Position numbers and translations under genes: made by a program. This document shows, piece by piece, positions 53,614-64,000 of a DNA stretch of 64,000 nucleotides. The DNA is taken from positions 7,750,001 through 7,814,000 of the forward strand of contig OZ193909.1 of NCBI GenBank assembly GCA_964276515.1, given 5' to 3'. The notes beneath the pieces are model-generated. The model had not been told where the DNA came from, did no database searches, and worked only from the letters and a program-made list of their open reading frames with translations. The first letter of the stretch is position 1, and each line of letters starts with the position of its first letter. Origin of the DNA: Gordius albopunctatus (lineage: Eukaryota).

Positions 53614-55260
53614 CTACAGTTTCCATTTGTTTCTATGTTTACATAGATCTTTCTTTATCTTGTGGACTTTCATATCATGCCGTATTTTATGAATCCAGGT
53701 TAGCTTGTGTCTTCCTCTTCTTCGTTTTCCTGTGAAATTTATCATCTCGATTTTCTTTCCTACGTAGCTATCGTTCCTTCTTTCTACATGGCCATACCAT
53801 CTTAGTCTATTTGTTAGGAGCTTTGTCGCAATTGATGTAGTACCCAAAATTCTTCTTATTTCTTCATTTCGCCTATGGTCCTTTTTGATTACTCCTAGCA
53901 CCCATCTTAGCATTCTCATCTCCATGGCTGCAAGACGTTGCTCTTCTCTTTTACGTATAGCCCATGATTCCGAGCTATACAGGACTGTTGGCTGTATGAT
54001 GGATTTATACAGTGCGCCTTTTAGTTTTCTCGGGATGTTTTTGCCACACAGAACACCTGTCAGGTCCCTCCACTTCAGCCACCCGAAATTTATCATTGCT
54101 TGGATTTCTTTATCCATTCCACCATCCGATTGAAGTGTTGATCCTAAATATTTGAAGGAATCAAGGCTTGTAAGTTGCCAATCGTCTAAACTAAGGGATG
54201 CACTTTGCTGGTTTTCATCCGATTGAAACTTTGTCTTCATGTATTCTGTTTTCTTTCTATTTACCCTGAGACCACTTTCTTCTATTGCATTTACCCATCT
54301 ATTTACAGTGTTAGTCAATTCTTGTTCGCTTTTGGCACAGAGGATTATATCGTTTGCAAAGATCATTGCCCAAAGAGCTTCCTCGCCCAAATCCTTGGTA
54401 ATTATTTAATCTAGTCTTCCTTGAGTGCGCTCTGTTGACTAGAAAGAAATCTATCTGAGTGGTACGGCTGCCGCTTTTGTACGTTATAAGATGTTCCTGT
54501 CTCTTTTTGAAGAAGGTATTTCCTATTGCTAGGTCAAAAGCTTGAGCAATTTCTAGAATTTCCGTACCTCCTTTATTTCTTAGGCCGTAACCCCGACCAC
54601 CGTGATTTCTTTCAAATCCTCCCCTTGATTTGCCCACGTGTCCATTGAGGTCCGCTCTGATAATTATTAGTCCCTCTTTACCGAATTGGGATAGAACATC
54701 TTCACGCTCCTTTCAAAAACACTCTTTTTCCGCCTGAGAGCATCCACTTTGAGGGGCGTATGCTGATATACGTAGTAGATTTATAACAAAGCTGTATCGC
54801 CATAATTCTGTCATTGATTCTCTTAACGTCGGCGACAGTTTGTTGAAATTCTTCCGATAGCACTATACCGACGCCATTCTGGTGAGTTTCTGTACCGTAA
54901 AAATATAATTTGTATCCGTCCCCTATGTATTTTGCTTTTTGGCCCTTCCATTCGGTCTCTTGTATAAACGCGATATTGATTTTTCTCCTCCTTAGAACGT
55001 CTGCCAATTCTCTACTCTTGCTAGTCATTGTACCAATATTCCATGACCCAAACTTTATCCTACGCAAACTAATGTCTTTAACCGCTTCCGTTTGTTGAGA
55101 GAGCGGTAGCCTTCGTTTATTTCCCACACATTCCAGGCGAAGAATGCGCGCGTCGCTTAAGGGGGACGCCCTATGGGTTTCATTCTGCGTCTTTGTTGTA
55201 GTATACATTTTGGTTTATATGGAATGAGGGAGTATTGATATCCCGGCCTTCCAAGCCTGA
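53614..55260 (-). mobile_element. RTE-clade LINE, internally deleted and frameshifted
   Basis: APE endonuclease (FGSWNIGTM..IQETEWKG, NGVGI, TQIDFFLV) joined directly to the RT C-half (MIFANDIIL, FKYLGS, RLRWYGHVERR). The N-half of RT is missing and the catalytic YADD reads FAND. Confidence 0.9.
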
Positions 55261-56201
55261 CGGAGCTATGTTAGATTTTGGCACTTGACTACCTACTATT
55301 CTTTATGATGCAGCCATTTTGGTGAATTAAACTTTTCTTTCGACCACTCGTATTGATAGCCTTAATCTAGCACTTCAATTTCACAAAGTACTCCCTCAAA
55401 AAGCCCAGAAATTTTAGTCTGACCCTTCACCAAGAACCTTGCCAATAGGGTGACCCCACCAGTAACAAACATAAAAATTGTGTTTGGATACCAAAGGTAT
55501 AGCTTCTTGGATCACGAGAGTACACAAGCTCAACCACCACCACAAGGTATGTCTGGCTCGGTATTAAAATTTATCTATAAGATGACATATATTCTGCTAA
55601 TACACCCGGGTAAATGGCAAAACAACGTTTGCCGGGTTCATCTAGTTAATATATATTTTTAGCTTAAACCTATTACATCACTAATAATAATTGTTTGACT
55701 TTAAACGTTCAGAAATAAGCTTATTTATTTAATTTTAGATTAATTCTACTTGTTAACATTTTAAACGATAACCTCTATCATCCACAATTATATAATACAA
55801 TATTTAATCAAGCAATTAGTAAAAAATGTTATATGAATTGATAAAAAAAACAGGGATTGAACATACCGGAAATCTAAAAAATCATCTTAGTAAATTATAA
55901 ACAATTCTCATAGCATTTATCTATATCGCAATTTACATTCGTAGATAGTTTATTTCATTAATTTATTCACAGATTGTTAAGTAATAGTTAAAATATAATA
56001 TATTAAAATATGATAAAATTTTTTTCAATTTTTGTTATTAAATATGATGGGTGTTAACTAAAGATTTTATGACTACATGTAAAATACAGTGATTGCGGGG
56101 TAATGACAAGCATTACCCATGTTAAAGGGCATTTAAAAAACAATGGGACAATTGCGACATCTTGTTGATTACTAACTGTCGAGATATAGATTATATGATT
56201 T

Positions 56202-59200
56202 CTAACAATTTTTCTTTTTCTATGTTCGTCTCTTCCTTTTGGCAAGGGTTGATTGCGAATGGTTCGTCCCACATTTTTTTGAGATCTCCCTAATATTATA
56301 AATCAGTTATGGGCAAATACAAACAAGTTTAAAAATTAACTTTTTTACTTTTATATGTGCCATGACTAGTATGGGAAAGAGGGTAAAGGGGACCAAGTAT
56401 AGTAGGGCAGGTTGGGCGGCATTAAAAATCTCAGAAGACAACGTTGCAATTATGAGTCCTATTTAGTGTAAATTAACATGTTTAAAAAAAGATTCAATAT
56501 AATAGGATAAAAAATGTTTTATTTTAAAACAAATATGACTTAAGTGGCATTTGATGCGTTGTAGTATTTAATTTTATCGTTGTTTCAAAGTGTGGAATAG
56601 CTACCTATAAAATAACCGATCAAGGAACAGTGAAAATAACTCATGCGTCTCCAACGGAATTTTGTGACGCATTTGTCGATGTTTTGCGATTCACGGGCTT
56701 TCGTAAGCTCTTTCGTCCGAGATTCGTGGTGCAGCTGACAATTTTTGAGCCGACACTGCTCGTAGTAATAGGGCAGGGTTGAGGATGGAAGCTTTTCGTT
56801 TGGTAAGGATGATTGCCTAGAATGGAATTTGTTAGGGGTAGTGGATGGGAGGGATTCGTTGTCGCTTAACGTCTTTTTGTGCCAATCGAAACGGAGGAGA
56901 AAACAAAGTAAGAGCCCTGGCATGACCTAAGTTGCAATGTTAGTAAAGACAAATAATATTCATCAAAGCTTTCGAGTAATAATATTTGTCTATGCTTTCA
57001 CTAACATATTATACTCACAATGTCCCCTAACCCAAGCATGGAGAACTGCCCAGATTGCTGCGAGCTAAATAGCAAAGAAAGATACAAAATTTAAATATAC
57101 TAGGTTAAATTAAATTCTAGGTAAAGTTATACTAATAACTGAGCTAAAACTGAATAAACAGAGTGCTCAAAAATTAACTTTAAACACTGATTAGGATAGA
57201 TTATTAATTTTATAACTGTCTTATTTAATTTGTCTATTATTGACAAATACAATTATACAGCCAGAATACCGAAATTTGAACGAATTTAGTTAATCGTTAA
57301 AAAAGGGCAATTTTATTCATAGCAATTTAAATGTCGTTTAAACAATATGTCCGAATGAGAATCAAGACATCAAATTAACCTGGGAAATAAAAGCTTAACG
57401 GGTAGTGATAGTTTGGGGGCAGAGTAATGATTGCTAGAACTCTTTAAAAGCACGGATCTATTGACACTAGTTCCCCTAATCACTTTCCACGGGTAGGAGG
57501 GATAATTTATTTGGTGCGCCGCAATTTTTTGGTACATCATGGCAGATGCGAGGATGGAGGGACCTTTATCGGGAGCCAGTTCTAATTGTCTCTGAACTCT
57601 GGTGCCGGAATGCAGCCTAGCCATAACGAGCATTGGGTTATCGGCCGAATTGGTTGCCACGCGGAGCATCACGTTGGTTTTAAAGATGTATGAGGAAAAG
57701 AAAACCTGATTCAGATATCAATAAAAAAAAGCATTTGATTAACGGGATCGCTTGAATGGTATATATAATGTCTACTCTAGGGAGAAATACACCCCCGAAT
57801 GGCAAAACAGTAATTGAATAATTAAACAGTATAAGGCAAAATGCAATAAAAGAAATTGTTAGGTCGCCTTCGCTTCAGAATTTTTAAAGAAACCATGTAT
57901 ATAACTTTCTATCTTGATTTTTAAATTTTGTAAATATTTCTTCTTAATTTTTGCTAGAGGTCAATGGATTGAATAAATCAAAAACGTCCCATTAGTTATA
58001 ACGAATAATAAATCACCCAACCCACCCAATTAAAAAGGTGTGATAGCAAAATCTTACAAGCAACAAAAAAATTAGTATTTAAATGGCAATAAATATTTAT
58101 TTGACAATTTTCTATGAAAATTTTGTTATGTCTTTAATGTATATTAAATGAAATTAAGTCATAAAAATTATACCCAAAAAACGTCGTAGACTACTAATCC
58201 TAATAATAGCATAATGGACACCTTTAGACTTGGTAGTTTGACGTACGAAATGAATGACACGCACAAACCCAATCCGAGTGCTAGTGCAAGCAAATTAACA
58301 TATAAAGTTTGCATGGAATTATTGCTTTAAGTACGGTTAGAGATCTGCACGGGCAGGCCTGGCCACGGACGGCTTTGTATCATAAAAATTTCAACGGGCC
58401 GGGCCCGGACGGGCTTAACAATAAATGAAACGGGCTCGGGCGGGCCTGAGATTTTTTTAACGGGCTTGAACAGGCCAGAGATTATATAAACGGTCATGGA
58501 TTACAAAGGCTTAAAAGTCAGACAATTATATAAATATATGATTTTTATTAAATATATAGATTATTAATTGCTCTCATTTTTTAACCTCTAATTTTTGTAT
58601 ATCCTGTAGCATTCATTCCTTTTTCAAGCGCTAAATTTGACTCTAAAACATTTTTATTTTGTTTGCTATAGATTTTCGTTTACATAATTTAAGATTATAG
58701 CTTCGTATATTCTCTTATAATTAAGTTCAATTACTTAGTTACAATGCACCAAAATTTAAATTTTTGTTTTTAATTTTATCATTACTGGTATAGTTATTAA
58801 GGCCATAAAATTTAATAAATATTTTTGTTTTTATCTAAAACTTAGGTGTATTAGCTGATATTAATTATAATCAAATCAAAGTAAACTGCTTAATTGAAAG
58901 TTGAATATTATATTCTAATTTAATTTTATTAAAGTATTTTAATTTAATGGTAATATTCTAACTTCTTAGATGTAATGACTTGAATTAATCAAATAAAAGT
59001 AAATGGTTGTTTCGTATTTATAAAAATACGCTTTAAAATATTTATTTATTTTCTAACTAAATCTATTTATTTTCTAGAACTACCGCGAATATTAAGTAGC
59101 TTCATTTTTCGTACTACTACATATTTCGCATAAACTTATTCAACTTCAAAATTTATTATCTCTCTAAATTTACACCTTTTATAGTAGTAACAATAATGAT

Positions 59201-62200
59201 GAATGAGGTAATCAGCTTAGGCGTAAACAAAGATGACGCATCAATAATAATAAACAGCGAAGATAACCATAAACTAACAAATAGCGAAATTAACAATCAT
59301 CGTGATTCTACCATCTATTAGTAAACGCGTGGCCTTGAACAACCAAACGAGATCATAAAATCCAAATAATTAATCGAAGGGTAATTTTAATTTTACAAAT
59401 CAAAAAGGGCAAATCATTGCCACGGTAATAAAAATTACTAAACATTGGACTAATGCCACAGGTTGAAAGTGGAATATCATGTAATTTTTTAAAGTAATTT
59501 ATAGTACTATATTGAAATTTTTAGGTGTATTAACTGCAGAAATAATTAATGATTTATTGCGGGCCTGAAATTTTTCTAAACGGGTACGAACGGGTCTGGA
59601 AAATTTACGGGCGGGCTCGGACGGGCCTAACAAATTTACTGACGGGCCTGAAGTGTTGAAAAAAAATTACTGGCGGGCTCGGACGGGCCTTGAACTTTTG
59701 AAAACGGGTACGGGCGGGCCAACATTCTAAAAACGGCCCGTTGCAGATCTATAAGTACGGTATCATTAGATTTACAGTAGAAATATCGATTTAAGGACAT
59801 TTTACTAAGAGCTGTATTTGTTGATATCTATTTTTTAGTTTATTAAAAGTTTATTTACGCCAAAACAAAGTCACATATATAGTAACAAACAAAATTCCAC
59901 AAGTACAAAACGACTAACTTTTTAAGCGCGAATCCCTAAAATAAATTAACCATTCACTAAGCCATGGCAAAATTAAATAGAAAACGAACATAGGGATCCT
60001 TTTTTATTTTAATTAAAGAGCACAAATGAATAAAAAACTCACCATCCATGAGGATCCAATGACCCGTCACAATCCATAAAAAGACGAAAAGCAGGGCGAG
60101 CACAAATGAACAAAGTTGTGCCAAATTGTAATGGCACACAGCTTTAACAGGGAATCTAGCGTTTGAAAAATGAGCCTTTAATATATTGTACTTTTTGTAT
60201 GTGATAGAAAAGGAGAAATTGTGTGAGCACATCATATATTCTTTATCATATGGTTAAAAAGTTTATTTAACCAAAACAAAGTTACATGTATAAGCATAAT
60301 ACAAAAATAGACATATTGATTAAAAATCATTATCATCTAAAATAGGCCAAGAGTCGAGGAAACAGCTAAAATTATTGACAAAACATAATTTGGTTAAAAA
60401 AGAAAAATATATTTAATCAGTGGCACCTTCGTAGAGGCATTTTATCGGAAGTGGATCTAAGGCACATCCTACAGCATGGGAGAAGGAGGTAAGCAAAGGA
60501 AACGCAGGCTATACCTAATATTCGTTCATCAGTACGAATTAATAAACACGAAAATTGCCCAGCTTTAAAAATTTACCCCCCCCCCCTCATGGTTATATTA
60601 AGAGATATGGAAATTGACAAATATTTAATTATCCCTTTGATACAACTATCTATTCGTAAGACGTTGTATCAAAGCGAGTGATGAGACAACTGAAAATGAA
60701 TGGTGTTAAGTGAGAGTTGTCAACAATGGCGTCGTCGTTATGTTCTCTCAAGTGGGTGCCGTACCAAAGTACATTATCATAATTCATTATTATTTCCCCC
60801 CCCCCCGCAGGTGCTAAAAAATTATTCATTGTAATAAGAAGGCAGATTTCAATAACAAAAATGCAGAGGAGGGTAGGTGTTAAAAATCAGATTTAGGGTC
60901 ACCACGAGGAAGTGTGGCAAAATGTGACCCAATTCCATGCAAAGTAGTACATCAAAATGGAGGTGCGCCGTGTAACTTTCTTTAAAACACATACAAAAAT
61001 TGAACAAACAAACGAAAGAAAGAGGAGATAGGGAAAGTGGTGCTAGTAAAATTAAGACGCAAGCAAGCAAGCAAGAATAGATGTTGCTTGTATGTATGTA
61101 TGTCTGTAACTCTCACCCGCGGTACACAAGGTTAGTACTATTTGCATAGAGTCGAAAAAGTAAAACATGAGGAGCAAGGTTACAGATGCACCCAGGGGTA
61201 GTAGTATGGCTTGCGTCGAATCCAGCACCTGGAAACCTGTATTCATGCATGTGTGTGCAGTGCAGATATAGAAGCATAATATTATCCATGTTACATCACG
61301 TGTAAATCAATTTTTACGGCATAGAGCAGCAAAAAATTTAGGTTTTAAGAGTTATTTAACCCTAAAAATTGGGCTCAAGATAGGATTAAGGGTTTGATAA
61401 GCAAACGAATCTTTACAATCGTTGCTAACATTTTGCAGAGTTTTACTACAAGTGTTATTTAATAATGAACCCATCTTTTATATGCTAGGGTGACAGTCAC
61501 CCCAACTCCCCTTCTAATTAGATGAGCAATGGCTCTAACGGGTAAAACTATGGGCGGAGCCAAGGGGAAGGCAGGGAGGGGCGGCTGCCCCCCCCCGTAA
61601 ATCCAAAAATTTATTAAAATTATGGCTAAACTTTCAAAAAATTATCATTTTGCCCCTCCCTAAATCATTATTGCCCCCCCCCCCTCTATTTTCAATGCTA
61701 GCTACGCCCATGGGTATAGCTCTTAAAAAGCACTTGAAACGATGTTACCGAATTCACATTAGTTACAAATCGTTAAAAGTAGAGCTGTTAAAGTTCATCT
61801 TAGATATGAACTAGTTCAGGTTCATAGTTCAGTTTAAAAAAAATATTACTTCAAGTTCATATCTTTTCAAAAGTAACTAGTTCAAGTTACAGTTCATTTT
61901 GGAAAAAAACCAACTAGTTCAGTTCTTAGTTCAAATTTTACAAAATAAACTAGTTCAAGTTCAGTTCATTTTTTTAATATTATAGAATTTTAATCCGATC
62001 CAAGGGGTCTTTGAAAAACGTTTTATCTGATCCAAAATCAGTTTTTTAAATCTAAGTCCAATCCGCAATTTTAAAATTCCATGAAACAAATTTTTATTGA
62101 TTGAGTTTAATTTTATTTAAACTTTTTATTGTTTAATTTAAATTAGAAATAGTCCATTATAAAATCTAATTTAATGAACATTTTTCATATACCAACAAGC

Positions 62201-63164
62201 TTTTTTATACAAACTAAATCAGCTATATAATTACAATTGATAATAGAAATCAAGGGGAAGTAGATGGGAATTGGACTTGAATAAAATATTATTTTCAAAA
62301 TTATCATTTAATAAACATGAACTTATAAAATAGGGTTGGTAGGTGCATTCAACAAAAATTTCTATATGGAAATTCTGCAAATTAAATATACGATATATAC
62401 TTTATTAGAAAATAAATATTTAACGGCAAAGTTAGTTAGAAATGGGAGGCAATTTTTTGGTATATAAAATGGGACCTTAAACATTAATATCATAGTTTAC
62501 TTTTCATTAAATGATTTTTGTTATATGTGTATTTATATTTGACACAGTGAATTTGATATAAATGTTATAAATCGCTAAAACTAAACAAATTTATATTCTA
62601 TACTTTAGGCTTATATATAGTCTTTTTTTCATATTGCACTTTCTATTTTAATTGAATAATAATTGGTTCATATCTTTATATTGTCAATGACATGTCGCAC
62701 CACTAAATCAATCGCTCCCGAGACGAGATTTCGCTTTCGAGATGAGATCACAACACTAAAAACAATCAAACTCGGCTTATAAAATCATTTTAAATACTAA
62801 TTTTTGTGATGAACTAGTTCATTTATATTGCAAAGTTCAAGTTGAGAATATTAAAAAAAGAACTAGTTAAGTTCATAGTTCAATTTTTGGAAAGGTAACT
62901 AGTTGCCTTCGAAGTTCAGAAAAAAGTGAACTAGTTCTTAACAGCTCTAGTTAAAATTATAAAAATAGATATAAAACAGTGGTGATACCGTCACTAGCTT
63001 GTTTTTCGGAATAGGTTGTAACATCGCGGCATAAAGGCTTATCATAGCGATCAACACCTAAGGACTCCCGTTTTTTCAGGGTTTCGTAGTCTGAGGCTTT
63101 AGTCGTTTTGTCGTGGATTTCAGCCATACATTCGCCTGCCAACTCATTCTCCGTTTTTAGTGAT
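56202..63164 (-). CDS. SPPL3: Signal peptide peptidase-like 3 (GxGD aspartyl intramembrane protease), 5'-partial
   Basis: Exons (minus) 63164-62989, 61236-61117 ([28 protein letters not shown]), 60514-60427, 60155-60043 (TGHWILMD), 58280-58174 (YDVFW), 57705-57380, 57064-57019 (FSMLGLGDI), 56926-56605, 56458-56349 (QPALLYLVP), 56289-56202 ([11 protein letters not shown]). YD, GxGD and PAL motifs are intact. Confidence 0.94.
58338..59753. mobile_element. Non-autonomous hAT element in an SPPL3 intron
   Basis: TIRs TAGAGATCTGCA...TGCAGATCTATA, exact 8-bp TSD AGTACGGT, subterminal ACGGGC repeats at both ends. Confidence 0.92.
61549..61712. mobile_element. Approximately 160-bp hAT-type MITE
   Basis: TATGGGCGGAGC...GCTACGCCCATG, TSD GGTAAAAC/GGTATAGC (6/8). 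Confidence 0.78.
61780..62949. mobile_element. Non-autonomous hAT element in an SPPL3 intron
   Basis: TIRs TAGAGCTGTTAA...TTAACAGCTCTA, TSD GTTAAAAG/GTTAAAAT, subterminal AACTAGTTCA repeats. Confidence 0.88.
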
Positions 63165-63834
63165 CTTCAATATATAATTAAAATTTTCACATAAAATAAA
63201 TTATGTCACTTTTTCTAAATCAAAACTTGATTTTTCTTATGTAAAAGCCAAATTTTTAAAATTCATTTTAGATCTTTATAATCCACATAGGGTTTAAAAA
63301 AGTTTGGTGAATAAAATTTTTTAGCCGAAATGCGTTATAATCGAATAAAACGAAAACGGAACGGTAGACAAGCCTTATAATATCAATAAAATGTTTTACA
63401 CTTACTTCTGACAATCCGGGTACTGCATTAAAATTTTAAGATTGTTTCGTAAAAAACCAAATTCGATTTAACAGTTCATAAATTGCCGATCTTAGCAAAT
63501 AACTCGCACCCAGCAGGCCCAATAACAATGGAAAAATAATTACCGGTCTGCCTGGCCGTCCGCCCATATCGCGACTAGCATACTAAAGCCTGTCCGCACT
63601 TAATGGGAAATAATACAACACACACCTTACTACTCCCAACCTTAATTGGACTGACTCGTGGTCGTACCCAGCCAGACCCCAAAAAGACCCATTAAATCAC
63701 TCAATGCCCTATTTACACAACAACGAAGGGACTTTACATTAAGTATTACTTGAACCACTTAGTAAATATTAATATAGAAGGCGTAAAATTTTTGGTATAA
63801 AATGTTCAATTTTTGGTATAAAACTCGAAAAAGC

Positions 63835-63981
63835 TATCGGCGTAGCCAGGGTGGGGGCTGCCCCCTCTATATCCTTTGTCGATATTTATTGTAAATATGG
63901 GTAAAATTTGGAAAAAGATCATTTTGCCCCTCCCTTAATTATTGTTGCCCCCCTCTAATTCCAATGCTGGCTACACCCACG
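63835..63981. mobile_element. Approximately 150-bp hAT-type MITE
   Basis: TATCGGCGTAGCCAG...CTGGCTACACCCACG with exact 8-bp TSD GAAAAAGC; internal similarity to 61549-61712. Confidence 0.82.
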
Positions 63982-64000
63982 GAAAAAGCTGTTGCTAATA

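Larger units (their letters stand above)
51777..55645 (+). mobile_element. Putative composite Helitron (5' TC end and 3' hairpin-CTAG end) enclosing Gypsy and RTE fragments
   Basis: A|TCTATATATATAAAAATCTAAG start closely matches the 5' end of the 47322 element over about 180 bp. 3' GGCAAAAC-AAC-GTTTGCC hairpin, then CTAG|T at 55642-45. That the two ends belong to one element is an inference. Confidence 0.55.

Noticed and set aside
55140..55260. HDV-like ribozyme at the RTE 5' end
   Set aside because: I could not build the nested double pseudoknot by eye; it would need a descriptor or covariance-model search.
60765..60813. Possible cassette exon in an SPPL3 intron
   Set aside because: 49 nt, frame-shifting, low-complexity.

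Overview
AT-rich, intron-dense eukaryotic (invertebrate metazoan) genomic DNA; the organism cannot be fixed from the sequence. Four spliced protein-coding genes were reconstructed by hand. (1) A non-muscle myosin II heavy chain (zipper/MYH9-10 class), + strand, 5' end outside the window, stop at 17811. (2) A compact KLF10/11 (cabut/TIEG) zinc-finger repressor, - strand, 18527-19581, with an E-box/CCAAT-rich promoter. (3) An approximately 823-aa NHERF/Sip1-like scaffold with four PDZ domains plus a C-terminal ERM-binding tail, + strand, 26458-44286. (4) SPPL3, a GxGD intramembrane protease, - strand, 5' end uncertain or outside the window. Introns and intergenic DNA hold many transposon remnants: hAT non-autonomous elements with 8-bp TSDs, a fold-back MITE, Helitrons, and Gypsy, RTE and CRE-like fragments. 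No wholly new gene system is demonstrable. The best leads are candidate regulated microexons (myosin loop 1, PDZ linker), the all-phase-0 4xPDZ+ERM-tail gene with an intronless first PDZ, a ChoRE-like element upstream of KLF10/11, Helitrons that swap termini and carry retroelement cargo, and a mini-hAT encoding an in-frame BED/dimerisation-domain fusion.
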